Positions 39,342 to 52,080 of a DNA stretch of 64,000 nucleotides are shown here, in pieces. The notes under the pieces were generated by a model. The model saw only the letters and a program-made list of their open reading frames with translations. It did not search any database and had not been told where the DNA came from. Within the stretch, counting starts at the first letter, position 1; every line of letters begins with the position of its first letter. The position numbers were made by a program, and so were the translations under genes. Source of the DNA: Trichoplax sp. H2 (lineage: Eukaryota); contig NOWV01000002.1 of the NCBI GenBank assembly GCA_003344405.1, positions 1,550,001 through 1,614,000 on the forward strand, read 5' to 3'.

Positions 39342-42300
39342 TCAAATTTTTATATTATTTTCATGCCAACAATGGCCAGATTTCTAGGTGAAATGTATTC
39401 CTCAAACAAAGGTATGATTCCACAATCTATGTTAAGCTCATTAAGGTACAAACAGCGGTCGATTGTTACGATACTTTCTAATAACGGCTGAAATAACACT
39501 TGTAATGCCTATGGGATAATATAAATTGAAACAAACTAGAATATCGTAATCACTAAAATGTATGTAGAATTTTCTTTTGAAGAGAAAATCTTACCGTTAT
39601 GGCTTCTGCATATGGTATTACCAGCTCGTGCTCCTTGTACTTTTGCATGCATGTAGCGAAGCATTTCTCATAATTTTCATCAGTGACTGCTATGGCAGTA
39701 AATTATTTATTAATGCTGACATCAGTCTATCATATCCAGCACAACATTGTAGTTTGCAATCAACACAGATTTTAATATCATTAAAATTAGAGTGCTTTCT
39801 AAGGGATTATGCGTGCTAAAGTAGCATCAGGTAACCACTAATTTAAGTGACTCATTGAGCTAACACAAAAATTACGGTACTAAAGCAAGGTGACAGTTAG
39901 GGGTTGCAGAGGTTCGGTTACAGTAACAGATATGCTTAGAGGTAACAACGTATACAGTATGCGAGGATATAGAATCTTAATCATTCTATTTTACCTTGGA
40001 TGCGGTTAAGATAGATTTTAGTGTAATCTTCGAAGGTCATCGCTGCAGATACTTTAATACGAACACGACCTTGATTTGTTTCACGAATCTCTTTAAAATC
40101 ATTTAAAGGCAAAGTATACTTTACACGCAAAAACTTTATGAGTACGGATATAAACGATAGAAAGATTGGCTCAGCTACCTCTAGGCAGTGCTTCATTTAC
40201 AATTGAACGATATGCAACATTTTTTGTATGGAGTACATGCTGAGCTAGGCTCATTTTTTCCCATCTATAAAGTTAAGTTCGCCATATACAACCTGATTAA
40301 ACACTATCTGCTTTATCATTCGACCTGGATTGATATACAACACCGTATTGTAATACATAATGTAAAAAGCAAATTCTAACCTCTTTCTGGTCTCTTGTGC
40401 AGCTAAGCGCATTGCGTAAATCCCCATTTGCCAGTCGTGGTACTTTTTGCTCATCTGTGACAATATATCCTGTATAACACAACACAATGAACTTCAGCAA
40501 TGTTACTTTCAATTTAAGACTATTATTGATTATACGGGTATAGTATATGTCAATACTACGTAGAAGAAGCTTTGGTTGTGTTGAACTTAAAAAGTTATTA
40601 CGATACACCTACATTTAGATGAAAGCTCATCGGAAAATTTTTGAAGCAGCTATTTGCCTTAGTATCTGAAAGTCCAGTGCATGGTTTTGATGAGATTATG
40701 AAATAATTATTTTTTTAATATTGAAACAAAATTACCTTGCCGCTCAGGCAGCGGGGTAGTCATGCCGTGATAACAGCAACCTACACAGACAAGAAGAGCA
40801 GAAAATGGGCAGTGTTCTCCAACGTAGTGCAAGATGTTCGGAGTTAAATCATTACAGCAATGTAAACCAGCGAAACAAATTGGTATAGTTAAATTTTCCT
40901 GATTTTGATTCGGGAAACTAGCTACAGCTTCACAGTTGTCGTCTCTGGTGCTTTTCTTATTCACACCAATTGGACAATACAATCCTTTGCTGTTGTTAGT
41001 ATGGTTAATCGATAAATCTTCAACTAATCGTGTTAATTCTTGATAACTTTGAGTATCACCGCTTATTCTTAAGGTAATACTGTTTATATCTTGTGGTCTA
41101 GACCCATTCCAAGTTGATAATGAGGCATTCCTTTTAGAAATTACTTTAACATTACGAGTAATAGCACTTTCGGATCTTTGCGAATTTGAATCAAGTCCAA
41201 CAATTTTCATTTTGTAAAGGCTATTAAGAACCTGGCCCAGATAACCCTAAAGATGAAGATACGTATCTTAATCTAATATGATTCATAGAGTAGCTTAACA
41301 GTACGAGTATTTCGTTTAATCTGCTTAATTTCAGTATTTCCTAACAAAAACTGATGTAGTAAGACATGTATTGAAAGCTACCATACAACAACTAAATGAA
41401 TTAAGCTGAATTACCAGACCGGAACCAATGTCGACAACAGTCTCACAGCCATAGTTTTCGCACATTTTCGCAATGAAGGACGCCATTGATTCAACCTATT
41501 TGTGTATGTTGCGGGAATATATTACAATGAAGAGGACAACATGAGGATCAGGCAGAATCATTATTTTAAGTATAAAGTTATGTAATCGGCTAAAAGGATA
41601 ATGTAAGACTTGTCTATTAAAATCGATTAACCTCATGACGCTTTTTTGGGATCATTCCTAAGCCAATATCATCTTGAATCTCGGCCTTATCAATATTCTG
41701 ATTTGGCTCTCGAGGCATAGCTAACGCAGCTACTTTAGCAATAAAATTCTGTAAAGATTCGGGCCAGAATTCCTAAGGATATATGTACAGATTGTGATTA
41801 CTAAGAAAGGGTATTAGGTGCAGAAACAGTAGTAATATAGCAGATAAGGCTACTGGGTATTGTATTTGCAGCATAATAAGCTCACTATTCTCATTCGAGC
41901 AAATCGCTTGAGTAGAATAACATCATTTCTATAGTACATGGATTAAGCAGCAGATGATAGTCTATAAAAAACCTGAAAGTAATCTTTCACTAGATTATAG
42001 ACTTTGGTTTACATTATGCTCTGACATTACCTTTACTCTTCCTTGAGGAATATACTTTAGATCTTCATAAGAAAGCTGTAATAGAGGTTGCTGCCACTAA
42101 AGATGCAAAATATTTTGATGACATATAAAAAATTTCGAATTCATTCATTAAGCAGAGCAATGTTTAAATTCAAATCAGCAGTACTAGGAAGGTAATTGTA
42201 CTTGTTATCATGATAATTAATTAATTTAATCGTCTACATTTAATACTGTATTGATAGGAAAATCCATCTCTACTAATTACAATATACTGTACTACAGTTG

Positions 42301-42690
42301 TTGTAGAGCAAAATCGCTTGATTTCAACTCGAGCCTAAAGCAGTAGGTGATACGAGTACAAAACCTATCCGCGATTCCTGCAGTATCACTCGATGAAATA
42401 TCGCCTTATCTTAGACATATAGTGAAAATTACTCGTATTCTACCTTTAATTTAATGGTGCCTTGTAAAGCACCCAACACTCACTTCTTCAGGTATTTTTT
42501 CCCATATTCTCTCTTTAAAAAAGTCAACAACCTTAAAATTGTAAATCCATTCAAATTGAGCTACTATATCCACCACATCTTGCAAGTATTGTAGATGTCC
42601 ATCTTTCCAGTGATCATATGGAGAAGGTAAATTATAAGGATTGGATATTTTCTTTAGATTAAGCATTCCAGTAAGGTTCATCGATCGCAT
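39342..42690 (-). CDS. METTL25: METTL25-family SAM-dependent methyltransferase (multi-exon)
   Basis: Exons 42484-42690, 42031-42096, ~41631-41772 (MIPKKRHE), ~41416-41495 (VVDIGSGL), ~40736-41246 (GYLGQVL...GLHCCNDLTP...VCVGCCYH), several short middle exons, and last exon 39342-39508 (PLLESIVTIDRCLYL...LFEEYISPRNLAIV). METTL25 vs METTL25B/RRNAD1 is not firmly resolved. Confidence 0.85.
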
Positions 42691-43029
42691 TCATTACTCA
42701 TGTATGACCTTTGTCAGAGACAATATCGCACACCCTTCAATAATCACATGATTATAGAAAGTCTTGAGTTGTTCAACTGGTGCAAATAAAGATCTACTTA
42801 CACAACGAAAAGCTTATGTCATGATAGCAGTACTTACGCTACGAAAAGCTCATAGTCGTGATAGCAGTATTAAGCTGTGCCTTAACTTATTTTGGTCATG
42901 GAGGCCAAAGCAAAAGCTTTCTTTGACCTCAATGGATTGGACTACAATTTATATAAACGTATACTGTATGTGTCTACTACTCCGTTGAGTATACAACTGC
43001 GACTGCGCAATGCTAAGCCTCCTAATTGG

Positions 43030-43110
43030 ACCAGTACTGTAACCATTCTGTATTTCATGGGCGGGGCGAGCTCTCTATACTGTACACTGTACAGTACTGT
43101 ACAATGTACA
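43030..43110. promoter_or_regulatory. Putative METTL25 promoter: GC box plus ACTGTAC repeats
   Basis: GGGCGGGG at 43059-43066 followed by TACTGTACACTGTACAGTACTGTACA, ~370 bp upstream of the ATG. Confidence 0.4.
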
Positions 43111-44102
43111 TAGTACTAGTTAAAAGCACTTACGCAATACTGTGGTGTAGCCCCTTACAGGAACACTCCTCAGATCATAAGAATTATAATGGCATCCAAA
43201 AATATATCTACAGTATTAGGGATAAGGGAAATTATGTGCGCATATAAAAGCTTATAGTGTACTGATGTCGGCTTTTCTTTTCCCGTCACCTGGAGCACCG
43301 TAAAAGGGATTTTATATAAATAAATTAGAGAATTATAGAATTATCTTAACCTATACAGTACTGTATAGTATACACCCGTATATACTCGTATTACCGTGAC
43401 TTTTCCTACAAAATACTTCTCTTATCCCTTTAGATAAAATATCGTTATCTATGACGTTATACATACTTTATATACAGTAGATAACTACATAGTTTTATAA
43501 TATTATTACATACTTACGTAGATTTTCTATAAATTGAGCGACTTTTTAATAAAATTTGGGTTCAGCTTTGTCTAATAAGAGAGACTAGTATTGTGTTACT
43601 GTTCCTCCTGACGATAGAAGATCGTCAGTATTTTGAGTCGGACTGTAGGTAAATATCACGGAGGACAAACCCAACAGTAGACTCATCGTGTAATTTCTAT
43701 TATAGTTTTAACTTTTCCTCTTTACAAATTTCTATTTGTAACAATTATTAATAGCACTTACTTTAAATTTGGCTAAAATTTCACGTTAGCAGGTCCTGAC
43801 AAACCTTGAGCAATTGGTACTTGATATTTTTCTTGAACTTGTACTGGAGTATTGAGTTATTTGATCTTTTTTCAATTTTTTGATATAAACCATCAGTCAC
43901 TGCCGCTTGTGCGGTCGATTCAAACAGTATACAAATTATGCCGTGGCCTATTCCTTTATTGAATACTGATTTCAATTTTGAGGAAGCGCAAGTTTCTCAG
44001 GATGAGTGCCGATATTATTATGGCTAGAGCATTAAATAGGATTCACAATCTGAGCAGTCCCACGATAGTTTGCTAGTAGGCTAGATCGTAAGATTATGCA
44101 AC

Positions 44103-44830
44103 TATCTATTGCCACTAGAGAGGTATATTAGATACTGATAGTCCTCGGTATAAGAAATGATTGCTCGTGCGTACTGCTATAGCAAATGCAAAGCTGAACA
44201 AGAACCAAATATCCTGTCAAATGTAGTTTTCGAGACAATTATTAGAGTGTGCAATGTGCATGTATCTATTGCCACTAGAGAGATACAATAGATACTAATT
44301 GTCTTTAGTAGAAGAAATAATTACCCGTACGTACTTCCATAATAAATGCAAAGTTGAACAAGAACCAAAAATCTTTGTCCTTTTGTGCTTTTTTGAGATA
44401 ATCATCAGATTGTAAAAATATCTATTGTCGTTGGAGAAATGCAATAATACTGATAGTTCTTGGTGGAAAAATGATTACTCATACGTACTGCAAGAATAAA
44501 TGGAATAATGAACAAGAAATGCAATTCTTGTCTATTTTGTATTTTTCGAGACACTCTTTAAGATGTACGTGTATAATCTAGATCAAATAGGATGAATAAT
44601 TGTCTATTGTCACTTGAGAAATGCAGTCGCTATTGATAGTCCTTAATAGACGAAGTGTAAACATGCTCGCATGCACTACAATATTATAATTAATGCAAAG
44701 TTGAACAAGAAGCAAAAGTCTTGTCGATTTATTTTTTGATGCACTTACACTTTTACGTTTGTAAGCTAGACTGTAGGATTTCTACAAGTATCACTCATCA
44801 TTGAAGAGATGCGTACAGTAAATGCTGATA
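44103..44830. repeat. Degenerate tandem repeat, ~160-185-bp unit x4-5
   Basis: TRTCTATTGYCAC..GAGA...ATACTGATAGT...AATGCAAAGYTGAACAAGAA recurs from 44103, 44263, 44419, 44602 and partly near 44790. Confidence 0.88.
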
Positions 44831-45496
44831 AACATAATTAATCTTTGGTATATCGGATGGATTTTACTCATATTTATTAATCATTAAGTGAGTCTTTAGC
44901 TCTAATAACACCATTTTACTTTCATAGCATTCGATATGAAGGTACTTCTGAAGAACTATCTCGAATTTTCTCAATAGTCAATTGCTTCGTTTAATGTTCG
45001 TTGCAAAAGCTTTCAAATAATTTCAAAATAGCTCTGGCCCTTGTTAAAATTTAGCACATTGATTTTACCATACGCATAAACAGAAAAAGCGATACGTTGA
45101 TGTTTTACGATAATAAGATATTTCTTTTCTGATATCTGTTCAATAGTACAATATAAATCAGTGAATGATATCAAATTGAATAAACGTTGGCTACTGTGCT
45201 GTGTAAAATATAACTGACAAAAAGGTTACTTCAATGACGACCAATTTAATTGTACAAGAAAATGTTCAAACAGCTAGCTAACCGACAATCGAGGTAGAAT
45301 TTAATATCTATGTCTAGATCGATTCGGAACAATAATACTTTAAAGAATTTTTTTCGGATTTGATCAAACAGTATTATTATTAAATAATATGAACAATATC
45401 ATAGGTTTTATATATAAGTGTGTTAACGTAATTATCCACGTTTACCGGTCCTTCGCTCTATCTTAGACGGACTATTGACTTGTTACTGGCGTGTGT

Positions 45497-46189
45497 TTAA
45501 GTTTCAGCTATTCTTTTCCCGTAAAAGTGAATAACCATTAGCATAAAACCCTCCGGAACAAAATATAAACTTAATACCAATAGACTTGGAAAATACTTTA
45601 TGTTATTCCGAATAATATCGCAAACTTCACGATCTTTAACTTCCTTACGTGAGTGATCTAAAGGGGACCTATAGATTATGGTAAATAAATACCAAGCTAT
45701 AATTCCAACCAGTAGTAGAATTAGAATTAGTTTCATCCACTTAAGCAGACTCTTGTTTTTGTTCCGTATCCCAATACATGCAGCAGCCATACATATAAAA
45801 TTAATCACTAAATAGCATCCAAGCACAATTGCTGCTGTTGGATCATAAGCCCCAAGAGCACGTATTTTCGATAAGATAGTGCCACCTAATTGACAGATAG
45901 TGGCAAGAAGAAACAATTGAAATGGTGTAGTTTCTTAATATCATTTTAAGAATGAATTGTACCTTTTAATCACAAACGAGTAGTTTAAATTAATAGTAAT
46001 GATTAAAAAATATATAAATTACGACCAATAAAGGTAAGCTAGTCTTAATTGTCATAAATGATATATTAAAATATTTAGGGTATTGTTTATTGCATTCTCT
46101 GTAAACTCTAAACTTACCTTCCAAAATATAAAAGAATGGGGTGACGATATAAATGTAAATTCCAATGATTGCGAGGATAATACCTAAGA
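45497..46189 (-). CDS. Small multi-pass membrane protein of unknown family; 5' exons unresolved
   Basis: Exons 46118-46189 (LGIILAIIGIYIYIVTPFFYILE) and 45497-45933 join in phase 1 and give several hydrophobic helices. Upstream exon-like blocks (46480-46860) do not join in frame by hand. Confidence 0.55.
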
Positions 46190-48933
46190 CTGAATACAGA
46201 ATTTTTTTATAGTCATTTCATGCAAGGATTGAAAACCAATGTAAAACCTCGTGATACTAGAATTTTAGTTCTGCATAGTTAAGACGAGAAATTTTTAATT
46301 TAGAAGCATTTATTTAAGAATCGTAACCCTACAAAATTTAAGACATGTTGCTAATATCGATAATCTGGTTGGCTTCAGCGCTATTATTTTAGGTTTGCTT
46401 GGATCTAAAAATACAGGTTTAAAAAATAAAATTATTTTATGAGTTAAAATCACGTCACTTATAAAAGAATGCCTCAAATACCTATAAATGTATACAAGGA
46501 TAATAAACAACATTGTATGTTTCAAGTCTGCATATCTATTGATACATGTATCCAGTCTTAAAGAAGAGGAAGTGAAACTCTTGAACAATAAACTCATTGA
46601 AGGATATTGTATTGACAACTTGTTTCACAAATTTTCTACCAGGGCGATAGAATAAATAGATACTATAAACAGATATTGATTAATACTTTAACGGATCTTC
46701 TTGCCCTGCTATTGGCAGCGGAGAGTCAGTAATAGTTGCTAAAGGTATGTCGTTTTGGCCATTAGTAAGATCAGTAACATTAGCAACTGGAGGAAAAGGA
46801 AAGGCAGATATTACATTTTCTTCAGACGATACCAACTTTGTTGTTTCATTTTCATGTTAACAATACCCTAATAGGAACAGTACATATATATATATGAAAA
46901 TTAAGCGATCAGGCCGTATCTGAATAATTCTATGTATACAATACCTCAATTAAAATATCTACTATTTTTTAACCTGTCACAGTTCTACCAACAATGAAAC
47001 GTCTTTTAAGATAAACTGAAATTTTCATAATTTTTTGCTAACTATAAATGATCTTTTGTGGCTTTATGTAACTTTTCAGATGTATTCTTATTGTTTATTG
47101 GTTACAAAGCAGCTATTAGTTTACTGATTTATCCAGGATTCTATTGCAAATGATCATGTATTGCATATATGCAATAAAATTCTCTACATTGATAGCATTT
47201 ACGACTGCAGTACTGATATGCTTGGAAGTTAACCATATGTTATTACAAAAAACAATTGACCATGCTAACAAATCCAGGTGGCTGCTGTTGTCAAACTATT
47301 ATAAAGAATACCATTATTGATGATTAATAAACATGGAAGAAGAATTACGCCAATATAATTCTCTAGATCATTTCTGTCATTAATATAAATTGGGTTGCAA
47401 GACTTCTGCTCAACAAGTCAAGTGATCATGCCGTACAAACAGCTAAACAATTTTCTTTACAGAATGCATTAAATTAACAGTTTTACCTAAAGACCTTTAT
47501 TTTAGTTTAAATTAAACAGGAATAATGTTGCAATGGCTTCTAATCTTTCTCTATTATCAAGTTTTATTTTCTTGAATGGTAAATCTGTCTTACCTGTTAA
47601 TTATTTATATTGAAAAGGATTTTGACAATGACAGCACGTTACATTCTTAGGCGTTATAAAATCCAAACAAATGCAGGTTTAATACGATGATACTTGCCAA
47701 CAGTTTCCGAAGTAACTTTCTGCTAGTATAAAATTTAATTTCTAACTATTACATGAAACTAAATCTGAACAAATAGTAAATCGGCCAGTTTTGGTCTATT
47801 CCTTCCATTTAATGATAGTAAGTAAATATAATATGAACTGCATAAACGAGGAATAACTTATTTTAAGTAATGTAGAGATAGTTAGTTTTAAAAGCTACTG
47901 AAATTTATTAACGAATCACTAGTCCAGCATTGTATGAAAAATATATCACTGTGAGGACGTATATTGCAAGGCTATACAGGCTAAATATTGAGATAAAACG
48001 AGTTAGATACATTTGATTTCTATAAGGCTACATAATATATTGTTCTCATAATATAGGATGGTATTTTGATGATAATTTGAATCTAGATATGTAGATAGAG
48101 ATTTGTAGATACGGTATTTTATAAAAATGATATACAGTTTAACATAGAACAAATTCCTTCCCAAGTGTTCTAAATAACATTTCACATAGTTTTTTCAACT
48201 AAGAAATAACAAGTATATACGTCGTGCAATAAAGTACATCTCTCTCACGTCAGCATTTTCAAGTATCGTAAGGGCAATAGCTTTGAAAGCAATTATAAGA
48301 TATTAACTAGTCAACTAGTTATTTCGATATTTACTTTCATAACTTCAATAGTAGAATTTATAACCGAATTATTGCCGAATTCTAACATATTGCGTTGAAA
48401 TATCCTGAGTAGCAATATAGACAGGGCAACTCCATTGAATAAAAATAAATAAAATACTTTAAATTTAACATACTGTACAGTAAAAATTCTATTTTTAATG
48501 AACCTCATAATTCAGACTTTTCTTATGAAAATAGATAATAGAAGCAGAGAAGTTTGACTGCTATAAATTCCGTGACAGTATTAACTAACTCATTGTTAGT
48601 TTTTGTTCTTAGAAATTTAAAGGATAAATTTATATTACAATAACATCATCTAAATGTCATAGCCATAAAGGAGTATAAATGTAAAAATAGTATGTTTCAA
48701 AAGTTTTGTTGCCCGAAGATGAATTATCTTAATATTTATTGCATCATGAATCGCTGTAGCTGGATGTCGTTAAATAAATTAAGTACAGTTTATTCATAAA
48801 CCAGCAAGCCATAATCCGCTCATATTGCTTTGAATACGGTGAAGGTGATTCAAGGGGGAAGCAATTTGTTTCTAGATCAAATCTAAAAATTGAATTTTAG
48901 AGAACAACCATTTAACAGAAGTTCATCATTAAA

Positions 48934-50108
48934 ATGCAGTGAGTAAAGTTAGCCCACTTAATTGATTCGAGTGCTTGCTTTTTTTAACTTTCAGCTTTCA
49001 AATTTAAATTGCTTATTATCAAAAAGTTCAGGTTGAGTCTTTTCAATTTCTTGCTTCGATCACTTGCTTTTATTATTTTAGATTTAAAGCTCCTAGAACG
49101 TTAATCAATTTGTTTCAACATCCCGCTATCATTATAGCATGGATTATCGGTCTATGTGGAATGATAGCTAACGTTACGCTTCTAATTACTATTTGGAAAA
49201 GATATCAGGCAACCTTTAAAAAGGGCTGGTTCAAAAAGGAGTTAAAGACAGTGGAGTTATATATCATTAATTTAGTATTTGTTGATATACTAGGTGCAAC
49301 CTACCTGCTTATCATTGCTGTTGCGAATACTGTTTATGATGTTCATGATACCCGTGGAAAGTTACCATCTTCAAATTTTAGCAATATATTCACAAATAAT
49401 AGCAAGCCTGTATCTATCGTTAATAGATGGGGAATCCATCCCCTCTGCAACATAGCCAGATTTCTTTACTTTTTATCACTTACTATGTCTGTTTTAATTA
49501 CACTATTAATCGCTATAGAGCGCTGGTTAGTTGTCCTTGGATCTTTAAAAACTTCAGAAGTTAACAGAACAAGAGCGAGAGTAATATTAATACTCTGTTG
49601 GTTATTTTGTATCGGGAAGGCTCTTTATCCATTTATACGATCTATAGTGGTCTTAGATCGTGTTAAGAATCAAACACGCAGCAATCTAATGTTATGCCTA
49701 CTTGCAGATCCAGATATTTCTAATGTACGTTATTTCAACACCATTAACTTAAATATCTTTTATATTTCTTACGTTTTGTGCATTTTAATATACATGTTAT
49801 TGCTGATTAAAATGCATCAAGCCAGAAAGATTACTCTATATAACAGTAAGAAACCGCAAGTTATTTTAGCAAAAACTATGGCCCTTATCACCGTTTGTAA
49901 TTTATTCTCCAATCTTCCCATTACAATCATTATTATATGCAGAATGAGAGGATTAACTATTGTTTTTAACCCAAATTTTACACATGCTTCTGCGATTTGT
50001 ATCGTACTGATGTTTGTCAGTACAATTAGTAATCCAATTATCTACATTAACAGAAATCATCAAACTACGAATCGTAGTCAACGCCGCGTACGCATGAGAA
50101 AATTATAA
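48934..50108 (+). CDS. Class A (rhodopsin-like) GPCR with LGR/RXFP-like 7TM and no ectodomain; predicted 5-nt first coding exon
   Basis: ORF 49110-50108 with 7 TM helices, NL..VD, IAIERW and SNPIIY. No in-frame ATG precedes TM1; ATGCA|GTGAGT (48934-48938) spliced to TTTTAG|A (49082) restores MQFKAPRTLINLFQHP. Confidence 0.88.
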
Positions 50109-51129
50109 TAAATTAGCGGCTATAGAGACCGGATCATATTATAGCCGTATTAAGCAAAAAATAGGTTAGCAAATTTAAGTTCTTACAAATAATAACGCCA
50201 ATACCAATTTCTGAATTTAGTGTAAGGTAGTATGATTCAATTGAAAATATAAACACCGATACAGTAATTACTTTCTCTGGTAAGCTTTGCTATATATGAC
50301 GTTCATATTACGGAACTACGTCCGGATGTTATGTTTACTTATTGACAATATTCTTCAATGTCTTTAGAGTGATTAGTAGACTAGCATATACTTATATACT
50401 TTATTCCCGTAGCAAGTTAATCCACAATCTAATATTGCATTTTAAGGCGAAACTTAAACTCAGTTGCACAGTACTACATATTGCAATCATATAATTGTAA
50501 ACCTCCAAGGTAACCATTCTAGAAGAAAACAACTTGTGTATATTCTTATTAGAATTTGATGATCCGTTTTTGAAATTTGCAAACCATAGAACTAGCTTCG
50601 ATCATGTTATTTATTTTATTGCATAGCCTGTGGCATTCCTAGGATACTTTGTAATTAAAATAATACTATTTAATTATAGACAACAATGCGTTTAATACGT
50701 ACATGTATAGAGATATCCTTTCCATGCAGCTCCTTTTAAGAATCTTACCACCTAGGGCATTTTAGAGATAAGTAGTTATTAATTTCTTAGTTTACTAAAA
50801 GAAAGAGCAAAGACTTGAAATTCTTGTAATGATAAAGAATATTACGTTCAATTTAATCTATATTAATACTTAAGATCTTTTATTTTATGGCTTCATTCTT
50901 AAGAATTCGTTGTCGCCTCGATTAAAATCGTGTCTCAAACGAAATTATCTCATATTACACGATCAAATAAATTTAATATCTTTCAGTATCAAAAAAAATC
51001 TAAATTAAGCATACTACTATCTATTATAGATTATTATATTAGTTTCTAATGCCTTGACCATCCCATTGCCATTCTATTGCTTAAATGTTTTATCACATAT
51101 ATTAGCGCAGCCTGTGAAGCTATGAGTAA

Positions 51130-52080
51130 TTGTAAATCTTAGGTCTATGTACCGTATATTTACTTTATTAGGTACATTTAAATGGTACTGATGTATTCAT
51201 TATGGCAAATGATTGATGATGTCTTTTATCAGATCATTAGGCAGCGTCTCGATCGCATTTAAATACTGCGTATATAAAGATACAAAATCACCCCACATAC
51301 GGCGTTGCTTTATGGATATAGCTTCGACAGGACCATTAATTCAATCCATCACAATCGCCTTATAGATATTAGCAAAAATATTATAATATTTGTCCATCAG
51401 CTAATGGATAAAAAAAAAATATCATGATTTAGAGTTTAACAGGTTAATATATTTGAATTAATCATCACTGAACAGTAAATATATTTAATCGAGTGTAAAT
51501 TCTATTATATTAAAATTCAAATAATCAATATCTAAATATCTTTATACAATATCATTTTATTCATCTTATACAGAAAGGCCGTCAATTCAGTGATATTCAA
51601 AATCACATAGGAATTTTTTCTATTTCCAATGGTATCAAATATATTAAATTAAATACGATAATTGAGAAAATGCCCATTAAATTATATACGAGTGATTATA
51701 GTAGCTGTCAATAATGTATGCAGTTTTCATTGGACTATTCTAATCTCGTTGTTAACTTGTGATTGCCATAAATAACTCCAGCGCAAGCTATCTTTTTCTC
51801 TTACATGTATCCGTAATTTCGGCATTATTGACAATAACGATATTAAATAACCATGCACACCTTAAAAATTACTGCTATGGTTCTGTGCAATTATGCGATC
51901 TTATTATCTACGTTTGGCATTTATGATTAGAAGCTAATTTCGGAGATATAATCCGTTATGCTATTACTGCAATTTTTTATCTTCTTATGTTAAGTATCAT
52001 GAATCACGATTTGTTTTATTTTAGTAGCGATGAAAAATGATTCGCATAATATCTATATGGTCATTCTCTTTCCAATATCA
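51130..52080 (+). pseudogene. Highly decayed GPCR remnant
   Basis: HIRRCFMDIASTGPLIQSITIAL* (~51295-51365) aligns without gaps to HIGRFFYFTSTILSILITLVIAV; TM6-like LKITAMVLCNYAILLSTF (~51862); TM7-like IYMVIL (~52051). Confidence 0.35.
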
